DNA from: Anthoceros angustus | Lineage: Eukaryota; Plantae; Anthocerotophyta | Direction of reading: 5' to 3' | Length of the DNA stretch: 64,000 nt | NCBI GenBank assembly: GCA_010909165.1 | Contig: MU008160.1 | Location: 496,001 to 560,000 of the forward strand | Part shown: one piece after another, positions 52,442 to 64,000 of the stretch | Position numbering within the stretch: position 1 is the first letter of the stretch | Layout: each line of letters opens with the position of its first letter | Program-made: the position numbers and the translations under genes | The notes under the pieces: generated by a model | What the model saw: the letters and a program-made list of their open reading frames with translations, nothing else | Databases searched by the model: none | Told to the model about the DNA's origin: nothing

Positions 52442-55400
52442 TCTTGTAACACTTTAGATGTTGCAATCATGTTGCAATTTTGAGAGAGGCAAACACCTCT
52501 CACTTCATCTTAACATAATTGCAACACCATTGCAACATGATTGCAACAATGGTGGTATGGTTTCCAAGCCAAAGTGTAACAAAGGGCCCAAAGTGTTACA
52601 TGACCCCAATTGTAACATGAGTGTTACATCCAGGGGTCCAAATCTTAACATAAAGTGTAACATAGGGCGCTCCATTTCTAGTAGAGACTCTACTCTTCCT
52701 TAAACCAGTGATGAACTCCTTCCTATGTGGGCAAGCCCGATCCGTGGTCAGAGTTACGCAGTGTGAAACACAAGTGTTTCGTATTTCTTTTCCTCTCGGG
52801 AGAATCTGAATACTTGGGCTTTCTCGGGCCGCAGACTTACCAATTCGACTCTATCCTCAGCTCACCCGCAGTTGAGATGCTTGTACTTATTGCCACCGTA
52901 GTTGATAGCGGTTCTCATTGCATTAGCTGGTGTTTGATCCGTTTGTTCCACCGAGATCATTCTTCAGCCAACGAACTGCTCTGATCTTTCTCGCTTCGCC
53001 CAAGCGGGGCATGTCCAAGGTGAGTTGAAGAAAATTTATCGCAATAGTCTTGAACCGCTCCTAGTTGTTGTATCTTCAGGCGGTGATAAAAAGCTCCCTT
53101 GATTGAAAGTTCAAGAAGATCTGCCGAAGTGACGACCAGAGTAGATCGGCTTCCATTCCAATCTCCACCGCTCTCCTCTCGCCTCCACCACCGGTAGGCA
53201 TAGCCTTCAAGGACATAACACAAAAGCTGATTTTTGAAGATCGCCCCTTCTCGTCGCTGCCTGTTATTTGTCGAGCTTGTCCAACCAATCATGTACAGCT
53301 TGGGCATCCTTTTCATTGCCGTTGAATGTAGTCGTTCTGATCTTACGTTGTAATTCTTTGTCCAACTGTGCACGAGGTTTGAAGAGCGCTTCGTCCCCTT
53401 GTGACTCAATTCGCTCCTGGTACGCCTTGCCCTTCTGTGCCTCCCAGTGCTCATAGCGGAGGAGTTGCAGGCGTCTCACCAGTGCCTTGATGTCTTGGTT
53501 ATCACCTTCGCGGAGTAAGAGCTCGACTACCAACTTCCTAAGGTTCCCCTCCAGGCTCAGGTCCCTCCTTGGTCCCTTCAGTGCCTTCCTTCCTTCTCCC
53601 TTCTTGTGACTTTGTCCGTGGGCTTGCGGCGCATTTGTCTGGCAGTGTCTTGGAGGTGGATCGGGCGTCGCCAGTTAGAGGCGGTTGTGGGGATCGGTCC
53701 GTCTTGGGGGCAGGCGTGGGATCAGCAGGCGGCCCCATTCCAAGGCTTGGAGCACGCCACTCGGTCAGCGTTCAACCGCGTCGCCCTTCTTCCAGTAGCG
53801 ATTCTACCCCGGATTCGGACTCCTCCACAGCATCCGGTGTCCTGTGAAACGAGTTTGGACACGCCCTCAGCTCTCTCAAGCTCGGCGGCGCTCTTCTAAT
53901 CGACACCGGAGGAGCCTCTGCGTGTGATGCTACAGGCTTTGGTTGGGGCGGACTACGGGCGCATGCTCTGGAGCGACTCGTTTGGCGGGTGGGATTGAGG
54001 CCGTTCTTCTTCCTTGGTCGGCGTTTGCGTGGGAGTAGCTCGTTGCATATTCAAATTTGTGGCATCCTGCGCCTCAATGTTAACGTCTTGTAACACTTTA
54101 GATGTTACAATCATGTTGCAATTTTGAGAGAGGCAAAACCACCTCTCACTTCATCTTAACATAATTGCAACACCATTGCAACATGATTGCAACAACACGT
54201 GGTATGGTTTCCAAGCCAAAGTGTAACAAGGGGCCCAAAAAGTGTTACATGACCCCAAAATTGTAACATGAGTGTTACATCCAGGGGTCCAAATCTTAAC
54301 ATAAAGTGTAACATAGGGTGCCCATTTCTAGTAGGGGACTTACCCGTTTCCTTAAGCCAGGCGATGAACTCCTTCCTATGTGGGCAAGCCCGGGATCCGT
54401 GGTCTGTAGCCATGCAGGTGAAACACAAGTGTTTCTCATGGTATTTCTTTTTCTCCTCTTCTGTGAGAATCTTGAATACGGGCTTCTTCTGCTGCCTTCC
54501 ACTGACCCCATCTCGGCCTCGGCGCTCTGCATGTTGAGATGCTTGTATTTATTGCTCTGTAGTTGATAAGCGGTTCTCATTGCATCAGCCAGGGTGTTTG
54601 GATCCGTTTGGTTCACGTCAGCCCGGAGATCATTCTTCAGGCCGTCGATAAACCGTTCGATCTTCTGCTCTTCGTCCAAGCGGGGCATGTCCAGGGTGAG
54701 TTGAAGAAATTTATCGCAATAGTCTTGAACTGTTCCTAGTTGTTGTATCTTCAGGCGGTGATAAAGCTCCCTTCGATTGGTTGACGGGGAGGAAGTTCTG
54801 TGAGGATCGGCTTCTCAGTTCTCTCTCCCTGCCTCCACCACACAGGCATAGCCTTCCAAGGACATAACACAAAAGCTGGATTTTTGAAGATCGTCCTTCT
54901 CAGCGTCGCGTTCGGTATTTGTCGAGCTTGTCCAACCAATCATGTACGACTTGGGCATCCTTTTCATTGCCGTTGAATGTAGTAGATTCGATCTTCTGTT
55001 GTAATTCTTTGTCCAAGCTGTACGAGGTTTGAAGCGCCGTCCCTTGCGACTCAATTCGCTCTGATGCGCCTTGCCCATACATGCCTCCCGGTGCTCATAG
55101 CGGAGGAGTTGCGAGGCGTCTCACGATGTGATGTCTTGGTTATCACCTTCGCGGGGTAAGGCTCGACTACCAACTTCCTAAGGTTCCCCTCGACTCAGGG
55201 TCCCTCGGTCCCGCCGGTGAACCGGCCTCCTTCTCTCTCCGGCGGCTTTGTCCGTGGGCTTGCGGCGCGTGTGTCAGCCAGTGTGTGGATCGGGCGTCGC
55301 GTTAGAGGCGGTTGTGGGGATCCGTCGTCTTTGAGGGGGCGTGGGGATAGGCGTGGCTGTTCAAGGCTTGGAACACGCCACTCGGTGGCGTTCAACCCGC

Positions 55401-55715
55401 GTCTGCCCCTTCTTCAGTGATTCTGCAGTTCGGCTCGGCTCCTCCACGGTAGCATCCGGTGTCCACGAAACGAGTTTGGACCGCGCGAGCTCTCTCCAAG
55501 CTCGCGGTGCGCTCTTCCAATCGACACCGGAGAGCCTCTTGCAGGTGTGATGCTCCTGTGGCTTTGGCCGGCTGGACTACTGGCGCATGCTCGTGGAGCG
55601 ACTCGACTGGCCGTGGGATTACGGGGCCGTTCTTCTTCCTTGGTCGGCCGCGTTTGCGTGGGAGTAGCTCCGTTGCATATTCAGCTGTGACGTCCTGCGC
55701 CTCAATGTCGCTAAC
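52442..55715. repeat. Tandem duplication, ~1.64-kb unit, spanning the EnSpm right end and gypsy gag
   Basis: tcttgtaacactttagatgtt.caatcatgttgcaattttgagagaggcaaa at 52442 and 54086. Both copies continue through the gag sequence. Confidence 0.9.
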
Positions 55716-55838
55716 GTCTTCAGGTAACCGTACCACCGCCTCGGCCCGTGATTGTCGCCGATGTGCCTGCTTGCGTCTTCTCCTGACTTGTGTCTCCGTA
55801 TCCTCTGCAGGGACTAATCCAAGTCGCACCTCGATCAT
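54339..55838 (-). pseudogene. Gypsy gag remnant with CCHC zinc knuckle
   Basis: TFNGNEKDAQVVHDWLDKLDKY; LQQLGTVQDYCDKF; KIERFIDGLKNDLRADV; CFTCMATDHGSRAC (CX2CX4HX4C). Confidence 0.85.
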
Positions 55839-57584
55839 TCGGGGCGAGCGAGGTCAGCCTACCTCTACAGCATACTACGACCAATTCCATCTAGCGACTC
55901 TTGATCCTTTGCTGGAGAGATCCGCTCTCCACCTCTTGTGGTGAGATGTGATCGCTCATGGTTGGCCGTGCCACAGTTCAAGACAGCAATCTTGGTGCTT
56001 CGGTGTAGGCTCGTGCAAATGCAACAATCCTCGGCTCGAGTGCGAGGTTGGGGCTGATGAGCCAGGAATGGCCTTTCATTCTTGTTTCTCGTGTACATAT
56101 AGGTCCTGGCCTCATTCATGCCAAGAACTCTTGGAGGTAACCGAATCGGGTTACTGTTTCGACCGTTTTACCTACGATTCTAATTTACGGGTATTTACCC
56201 ATATTAATCGACTATTTTCTAATTACTGGATAACGACCGGGGTTAGTTTGGGTTTTACCGTTTCTACCTGTTAGTAAGTCTGCTATTATACGGTCGAAGT
56301 GGCTCATGTCCATCCCGTTGGGTTGCTAGCACCACCACTAGCGAGCCGTAAGTTTGTATGGGTAATTTATCTCGGGTATTGCTGTGACACCACACAAGTA
56401 AAACAATCAATCGCCATTGGACAACAACATGTATCATCCATGCCACACAACAACACATATTTCTAGATCGAATCGTGAAAACATCCAAAGATGTTCGAGG
56501 CAAACCTCCAAACGTTGCACTGCTAATGCACATAAACACCGGTCTATGAGATTAAGCTCCAAGACATGCACACAATACACCATGCCCAATCCAGTCACAC
56601 AAGTACAAAAAGTGATTACCAAATCTCGCAAGCGGGGTCTTCAACGACAAGCGAGGCACAAAAATAAAAGCGACTTATCGGACACTGCGCAAAAGTCAAC
56701 TTATAACGACTCTAAAGAGCTGTAAATCTGCCTTAATACTAAATCTTGCTAAGCATTAATAAGCAAAAGCTACTTAAATGAATACATCGCATCATATTCA
56801 AAGAGAATCAACTGCATAAAAATAAAAATATTGAAAGTTCACGAAGTTTCTTGACATACCAAGCAGTTCTCGAAGCTGTCCCTTAACTTGTAAGTGCGCA
56901 TCAAAAGCATGAGAAAGTAAGAACCTTGGCGACAAGCAGTAAAACTAAGTCACAACAACACTACATGTAGACAAACAAAGTAGAACTCACGAATCAAGTC
57001 AAGTAGGATCACATGAGAGAAGACAAGAAAAGCAGGCGACGGATGATAACACACAAACCAGAGGACAACAATGGAGCATATATAGGGGACACTTCCAACA
57101 AGCAAACAAAGGATTGAAAGCGAAGGAGAAATAAAGATACTATTATCACAAATGCATCGAATGAGCAGAACTCAGCTGGTGCAACACTCAAAAGCTCTAA
57201 GTCAAAGAGAGTTCTTGTTTTCATAAAAGGAACGAGGGAGGTCGTTTTCATAAAAACAGGCGACCACCATTGGCTTCAACAACAAACACGATGTACGAAC
57301 AACAATACGGACAAGAAAAGGCGGAGGCGTATCGGCAAAGACAAATCGGATAACAATTGAGCATCGAGACATCTTCTAGCAATATAGACAAGCACGCACG
57401 AGCAAAGAACAAGATCAACATCGGGGAAAGACACAAGCGCGATAAAGGCCAAGACCAGGGCGGTACACACTCGCGTAACATTGACATCAAAACCGCACAA
57501 AACAACAAGAGCCAAAACAATAGACAAGGAGGCAGCAAACAAGCGTAGCGCAAATGAACAACGATTTCAAAAGGGGCGATAGAC

Positions 57585-58150
57585 ATTAACCTTTAGCGAG
57601 CGAAACCTTGGTGTCAAAACACCTTGGCCTTGGACTAAGCAACAAAGGCCTTAGAAGCAAAGACCTTGACCTTGGCTGAGGAAACCTGGCCTTGAAAAAC
57701 AACCTTCAAAAGAGCAAAAGCGACCTTCGCCGAAACAAACAGCGAGACCTTGGCCTTGAGCGAGGCTCATAGGCCTTAGCCTTTGGAGAAGGCCTGAAAG
57801 AACGCTCAAAAAATTGAACAAAGGCCTAAGCCTAGTAGAGCCTAAACACCTTGGCCTTGGAAAGACAGCTACAAAAGAGGGCTTAGCCTTTGGAGCAGAG
57901 CCTGAAACAACCTTCGCCTGCGAAACTAGAACTAGACAGCTCCTAAGCCTTGGGAGCAAAGCCTGGATGGCCTTGGCCTACGAAGGCGACATGCGGAGGT
58001 GGCCTTGAACTGAGGCGGAATACCTTGGCCTGCGAAACTAAACACTGGACAAAACGCCTAAGCCTGCGGAGCAGAGGCTGGACCACTGAGCCTTGAGAAG
58101 GAAGAAAGCAAAAGATCTTGGGCTTTGGAGAGACGCGTTTATATAGGCCA
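57585..58150 (-). promoter_or_regulatory. Putative TATA box (CCTATATAAA on minus, ~58148-58139) followed by a CT-rich leader and ccttggcctt repeats; candidate promoter/5' leader of the recombinase gene
   Basis: tttatatagg on plus at 58138-58148, then a pyrimidine-rich leader on minus oriented toward the recombinase. Strand composition matches the sequence left of the gypsy insertion. Confidence 0.3.
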
Positions 58151-58597
58151 CCCTAAACATTCTCTCCTCTGCGTGTGCGTTCTCTCTACTGGCATTTGAA
58201 TTAACGAACCTAAGATTAGGGGAATCCAAACCTATGGGTTCGCCATTTTCGCCTGTATACATTCAACCAAACCTAGGTTGATTCCAAACCTAGCCTAACG
58301 CACCAAACCTAATCTCCGAACCCGGCGGGCGTAAGCCGGCTTCTCAACCACGGGCCAGCCACACGTACCCAAGTGAACCATCTAGAACCCTAAGTTTTGA
58401 TGCTTAACGGCATACACATAGGGTTTCGTTCCGCCGCCCGCCGCCAGTGCTCTTCCTGAAGTCGATCTTGTGACCTTTGGCGGTCGGCATCGTTCTGATC
58501 GATGCCTTCGCAGTGTGTTCCAGTTTGGCGGTGTCCTCGGGGAGCTTCGCAATCGGCTCCACTTTCCCTTCATCTACGCACCACACGTACAGCGTCG

Positions 58598-59210
58598 ATG
58601 GGCTTCTTTCTTGATCGCCTAGTCTACGGTTCGATCCCTCAATTGCATGTGTCATTCAATTGCACTCTTGATATTGGTTACGAAACTATCGATCAAGTCT
58701 CTTTTGCATTACCGGTGGCATCCTCACGCTTAGCTCACCGCCAATTGGACAGAAGTCTCGTTTTGGCTTCCTCCGAGGTCGGCGTCAACGATCGTGTCGG
58801 TTCTCCTTACCTCCTTCGTTTTAGCCCTTTCGCCCACCGGTATCTAGTGGGCTCTTCCTTCCGATTTGTTTCGTGGATAAGCTTTAATTGCTGAACACGC
58901 ATCAACTGGAACAACATTTGGGCTTCTTTCTTGATCGCCTAGTCTCGGTTCCAGCCTAGGTGTCATTCAATAGCACTCTACGTCGGTTACTGCTGATCTA
59001 TCGATCACGTCTCTTTTGCAGCCCCTGCCGGTGGCATCCAGTTCGCTTAGCTCCGCCGCCAATAGGACAAGAAGTCTCGTTTTGCTTCCTCGTATGCACG
59101 TCCACACTAACGTCGTGTCGGTTCTCCTTACCTCTGTTTTTCGCCCACCCGGCTATCTTGTGGGCTCTTCTTTCCAGCGTTGTGGATAAGCTTTCATTCT
59201 TTGTGTGATT
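58598..59210. repeat. Tandem duplication, ~320-bp unit, 2 copies
   Basis: tgggcttctttcttgatcgcctagtct... at ~58599 and ~58918. Confidence 0.8.
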
Positions 59211-59769
59211 TTGCTGAAAAGCGCCTTCTTATCCCGTGATTGGTAGTAGTTTGAGCCCACAAAGCCCTTTAGGTCTTGATGCAAGAAGCCCTCGTGACAT
59301 TAACAACCCTCCGTGGCGAGGCCTTATTATCCTTTTCTTGTTTCCTTTTCAAAAAGACTCGTGATCGGTCTCAAGTTGTTGCTCTCTTGGTTCTTGTTTT
59401 GCTGTCATTGTTTTACTATTCCTTCTTACCACATGGCTTGTCCGGTACCACTCTCCCTTGTGTCGACACTCCATTGTAGGAGTTCCCAATTGGTTGCTTG
59501 TATAAGGTGTAAGCAGAGGCTCTTTTGCCTACTTTGCCATAGTTGTCACACGTCGACTTGAGTCCTCTTTTTGGTGTTGGTAGCGATTACTTAAGTTTCT
59601 CTACGACAGCCTGAAAAGGACCAGGTTTGTAAATCTAAATTGGTCTCCTGTCACATCCTCATTAGTTGGGCCTGATTGGTAAACTTGCATGGAGTCTTTG
59701 ATGGGCTAGTGTTTTTCAATGTGTTACATTTGTTATGCACTTAATAAACTCACGCCCCTCTCCTCCTCC

Positions 59770-61950
59770 AGGAATTCGAGCTGCAGCCAAAGGTCACGCA
59801 AGAAGGCGCCATCCTAGTGTAAAATCGTCACAATAATTCTATGGTGTCATTTTTGACGGCGTGTCGGAGGGTTGCCGGTGGAAACTATTGCATGGTTGGG
59901 TTGACGGAAGCAAAGGTAAGGGGTTCGTCTGGCAAAAGAGTCTCGTTCTTGGAGTCTTTAGCCAAAACATTGCTATCCCTGCGTAAAACATGCAATCTTG
60001 TGTGCACAGTTTGAGAACATATTCGCGCTTATTGCTTCCGTCAATTTTACTGGATTGGTGCTGACGAACAGTTTTTAACATTATTTTGATGCAGGATCTT
60101 GCGAACAATTGGTTTCGCGTGAAGCATCCGGAACGACGTATCGTGGACGTAAGTAATACCTTGCTCAACTTCTTGTTTCTTGTAATCGTCTTGTGCATTT
60201 GATTTGTCCACTATGATAAGTGTTCGATGGCATTGAATCGGGATGGAATCGACAACGAAAGCAACGATTTTCAAATCCAAGAAGGTACTTGATTGTTATT
60301 AGTATTATCGTTTACTTTGCTTTTACTTTTACTTTTACTAATATCTATTGTGTCAACCCCTGCTGACAACTACATGACGCCACCACAGCGTCCTCGATTA
60401 CTTCCCACCCATGGGGATCCAGGATATGACGCTAACGCAGAGTTTGAACCACCCTGCTGGAGATAAGAAAGATCGTAGAAAAGGTATTCGTGAAAATGAT
60501 TCTTTGTTAGTCCTGTATGTTCTCGTTGGTGAGTCTAACAAAACCCGTGGGTTCGGTCCTCTATGCACACAATGTTCTCTGATGGACAAACAAGACCTTA
60601 AGCATCTTGCGAGATGCACTTGATTGAATAAGATAAAGAAGGTAAGCACTTTTCTTAATTTCATAAACTTGATCTAAGTATGCTCAAATCCAAAATCTTA
60701 ACCCTAAATTTATCTCTGCAGGATATCAAAAAGAACCTTGAACAACGACTCAATTGGAAGCGCAACACTTGTGGAAAGGTTTAATGGACACCGATTTCAA
60801 TGCAAACAATGTTGGAGGGATATCAAAGTTCAATCCGAGCGAGGTAATCAAATTACATTCATACCTTCTTTGCTTCTTCACATTTACCTTCTTATAACTT
60901 GGCATTCTGATCTTTGGAAAACAATTTGCCTAAAAATATAAAGGACAAAGTCGATAAGATTGACAACAACATTGACAACGCAGCCATCTCAATCAATTAT
61001 ACAAAATGTATTATGTATATAATTTGGATTAATATGATTTTGGTTTAAGAAAGTAATGATTTTGGTTTTGATCGTGCAAAAAGAGAAAAATTGATGACTT
61101 CAAGGAGGATGGACCAACTTATCACGTCAGAGTTCACCGAGTTTGGAAAGTGGATGAGCAATTTTCAATATCCACCACTTTTTGAAGACTTTAAAACTAA
61201 GTATCGCAATTTGGGAGCATAGTCTAAAAGAGCAAGCATACCCATCTTGAATGAAGATGGGTCCAACCCAACATTCGAAAGCAAAGATGAGAGATCCAAG
61301 CAAGTAAGCGCTCTTCTCTTTCTCTCTATTATTTTCATATAATTCTATGTAATGTAATTACATATGCATTGAATGCGAGATAGGGGCAGCAATTGAAAAT
61401 AAGGAGTTGAAAGCAGCAGACTTGTTGTCTCTCATGGAAGAACCGGAGACAACGAAAAATATTCAAAAGGTACATCGTTTGAAAGGTAATATCCGCTTGC
61501 ATTATAATTCTAATGTTTTATGTTTCTTCGTAACATACGATCACATTTCCGGTGTGGGGAATCTTCACGACGTGTTTAACGCTTGTCGAAAAGGTATATG
61601 CAAAGAAAGATCTTCTCCGAATTGAAATGGAGGTAAATGACTAATTACTTTTACTTTTTGTTTGTAGTTATCGAGAATCAAAGCGAGTTGTTTTCACTCT
61701 TTGAGGTGAGTACTAAAGTTAAAAACAAATATGTTTTATATATGAATTCGACAATGGTTTAAATTGCGAAATATTCTCGCTTGGATGAAATATTGAAATG
61801 ATTATACATTTATCTGGACCATACAATCAGCAGCTCAAAAGTACTATTCAAGAGAAGGACGACTGAACCATTTTACACTCCATCTACTCCAATAGAAGAT
61901 GTGTGAATTACCAAAACTATTTGAATTAGAGCCTAATTACGGTGGAAGAT
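59770..61950 (+). pseudogene. Degenerate many-exon gene of unknown function
   Basis: Repeated short exons bounded by AT-rich GT..AG introns (donors gtaag at ~59916, ~60149, ~60642, ~61303). Fragments include FYGVIFDGVSEGCRWKLLHGWVDG and EFGKWMSNFQYPPLFEDFKTKY. In-frame stops are present. Confidence 0.4.
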
Positions 61951-62258
61951 AATCCTTTTATTGTGTAAAAGGATTGAAAACGAAAATGATGAAAGTAGAA
62001 GGGCAAATTTTGTAAGAGAGAGAAATGACATATAAAAGGGTGGTATAGGCACCAAGTCTATACAGTTCACGGACCTCGGCTCCTCGGCTGCGATCGAGTT
62101 AGGCGCGTCTCGGCCCCGGACTCGGCCGCTCCCGCCGAGGCGGGCGCGGCGTCGGGCGCCGCGGCCTAAACGGTCTCGGCCTCACGGCCTCGTGGTTCTC
62201 GTGACGCCCCTCGCTCCTTCTATGGCTTAGAGGGAGCGTTGGTACACTTTGATATTGA

Positions 62259-62346
62259 AGAAAAAGCAACACGATTCTCGATGAGGGTTAGAGACTAAGC
62301 GATTCATTCCACACTCTCATTGATTCAATATTTAAACCAAAAAACA
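62259..62346. repeat. ~90-bp dispersed direct repeat, copy 2, within a local ~126-bp tandem unit (62221-62383)
   Basis: Matches 34049-34136. Flanked on both sides by tatggc.tagagggagcgttggta.actttgat.ttg. Confidence 0.85.
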
Positions 62347-62638
62347 TATGGCCTAGAGGGAGCGTTGGTATACTTTGATGTTGTCACGTTTAGGATGTTC
62401 CAACGCACCTTTCTCAGGATGGGCGGAACGGTTGTCCATTCATCATACAAAATCTAACTCTTAGTTCTTTTAAGAGGACCTCTAGCGGTTCTCTGTGATT
62501 CCTTGAAAATTCTAGAAGGGGAGCACCTCTGTTGGCCCAGGCAAGGAGGCGTCTTCTCTGATAACCTGGCATGGTGCCTCAACATATATATAGGTGGATG
62601 TCATGAGATTGGATGTGGGAATTAAGAACAAAATTTGG

Positions 62639-62881
62639 GCTTTGATACCATGTGATAAAGCGAGGATTTAAGGAGATCGTGTTTTGCTCGGATTGATTGT
62701 TGCTATAAGGCGTTATGTACAGACGTGTGTATGTGAAACGTTGCATCTAAGACCGAACTGTTTAGTCCATTAGCATTTGATATCTACCGAGATACGAATT
62801 GGGCCCTAAGGGCTAGAATTATTAGCTTAACGCTAGAATTATTAGCTTAACACCTCGAACGTCGCAGCTCCCTCATTCACA
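62639..62881 (-). mobile_element. LTR retrotransposon remnant: 5' LTR plus tRNA-iMet primer binding site
   Basis: 62651-62881 begins TGTGA and ends TCACA. The adjacent gctttgatacca (62639-62650) is the reverse complement of PBS TGGTATCAAAGC. Confidence 0.65.
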
Positions 62882-64000
62882 TCGCAAGTAATTTCGTCTC
62901 CTTCTTCGTACATACATAGCTTCCAGGTGCACCTGGATAAAAGTTTTTGACGGCCCTAGGAATAGCCAAACGCCCAAGTGCCTGGCTTTCTGGGAGCCCA
63001 TAGAGTGTGCTTCTTTCTAGCATTGACCAAGTTTGCTCAACCATCGGAAAAGTACAATCTGAGAACCAGAGGAAGATGCTTCCTCGCATCGGCGAGAGAC
63101 GGGTAATTGGTGTATGGGACACACCTGGTTGGTTTCTACTTTTCAAAGCACATGGGAGTGTAGATCTTGGGTGCGCTGGTATTTGTGGTGTGTGCATACC
63201 GTGAGGACTAAAAATTTCACCTATAAAGATTGCATGCCTATAGTCAATCCTGGATGAATATGCCTTGCATAAATGTTAACTCTCTATAATTATTACTTCT
63301 GACCTTCTTCTCTGAAATTTTCAAAATAAGTATTAGATGTTAATCTCAAGAAAATAGGGCCTTCATAGTATAGTGCTATTGAATGTTATAGTATGATAAT
63401 ATCTAAAAATAATTATAATATTATTAAATATATATTAATATGAAGATACACGTACTATATATACTATAAATATCATGATGATTATCATGATGATAAATTA
63501 GGGCTCATTGATGTGCACCATTAATTAACTAATAAAAATAAAATAATGATTATAATACATATTATATCTGAATAATTATTACGCTCATAGTATCTACTAC
63601 CGTACCGTAAGAGTAGGCTGTAATAGCTTAGAGTGTGGGACAAGTTTTCAGCAAGGGGAGGAGCCCAATACAGAAGGCCCCCCCCTCTAATTGGGAACTC
63701 TATAAATGGGATTCCTCTCTAAATGGGACCTCCCATCCTACTCCCTTTAGTTTATAATGTAATAAATGGGACTTTTCCCTAAATGGTAATTGGGACCTTT
63801 TGAAACATACATTCATGTTAGTTTCATCTCCTAAATAGGATTTTAATTTTTTTACTAAAAAAATTAAAAAAGAAAAAGGAATCGATTATTTGAGCACAAT
63901 AGACTTTTAGGTGTGATTGAAGACTCTTAAGCTAAGCTTTTTCCTTTATGATAGGTAGAGGTTTTTTGATGTTGCTTAGAGAGAGTGCTAGCTGTCAAAT

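Larger units (their letters stand above)
42848..52686 (-). mobile_element. EnSpm/CACTA (CMC) DNA transposon nested at the gypsy gag-pol junction; right end duplicated at 54336
   Basis: Left end CCTTACCAGAAAAGGGCA; right end (reverse complement of the copy ending at 54336) CCCTACTAGAAATGGGCA; 2-bp GA flanks. Subterminal tgttgcaa/tgtaaca repeat arrays at both ends. Internal TnpD-like motifs. Confidence 0.75.
38916..56389 (-). mobile_element. Ty3/gypsy (chromovirus-like) LTR retrotransposon, degenerate, with a nested EnSpm insertion
   Basis: Similar LTRs at ~38916-39433 and ~55937-56389, both ending GTGACA, with clear homology between 39050-39360 and 56050-56330. PPT (agtggggagaa on minus) at 39434-39444. 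Candidate 5-bp TSD CCACA at 38911-38915 and 56390-56394. Order on the minus strand is gag, PR, RT, RNase H, IN. Left LTR starts are poorly alignable. Confidence 0.85.

Overview
Eukaryotic nuclear DNA from a non-seed-plant-like genome: ~100-bp GT-AG introns, plastid transit peptides and a chromovirus-type retroelement. A bryophyte such as a hornwort is plausible but is inference. Bases 1-11.1 kb form a clean, gene-dense block: intron-rich DPH6 with RidA-like domains, an intronless plastid-targeted CrtI-type phytoene desaturase, a CX5R phosphatase, an intronless GH32/43-like beta-propeller and RPS10. Bases 11.4-64 kb are almost entirely mobile DNA with pervasive 1-bp indels and many noisy tandem duplications that may be long-read assembly artefacts. 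They contain: (i) a ~21.9-kb element with ~45-bp terminal inverted repeats and a TTTA target duplication (11438-33310), carrying spliced genes I cannot identify; (ii) a spliced, frameshifted Crypton/DUF3504-type tyrosine recombinase on the minus strand (~36.7-38.0 kb) with a TNKS variant of the HxxR motif, followed on the same strand by a plant trihelix (Myb/SANT) DNA-binding domain, which is the most novel-looking signal; (iii) a Ty3/gypsy element (38916-56389) inserted upstream of the recombinase core and itself interrupted by (iv) an EnSpm/CACTA element with CC(C/T)TA termini; and (v) a degenerate multi-exon gene and an LTR remnant near the right end. All calls come from manual translation and recalled motifs; no database search was run.
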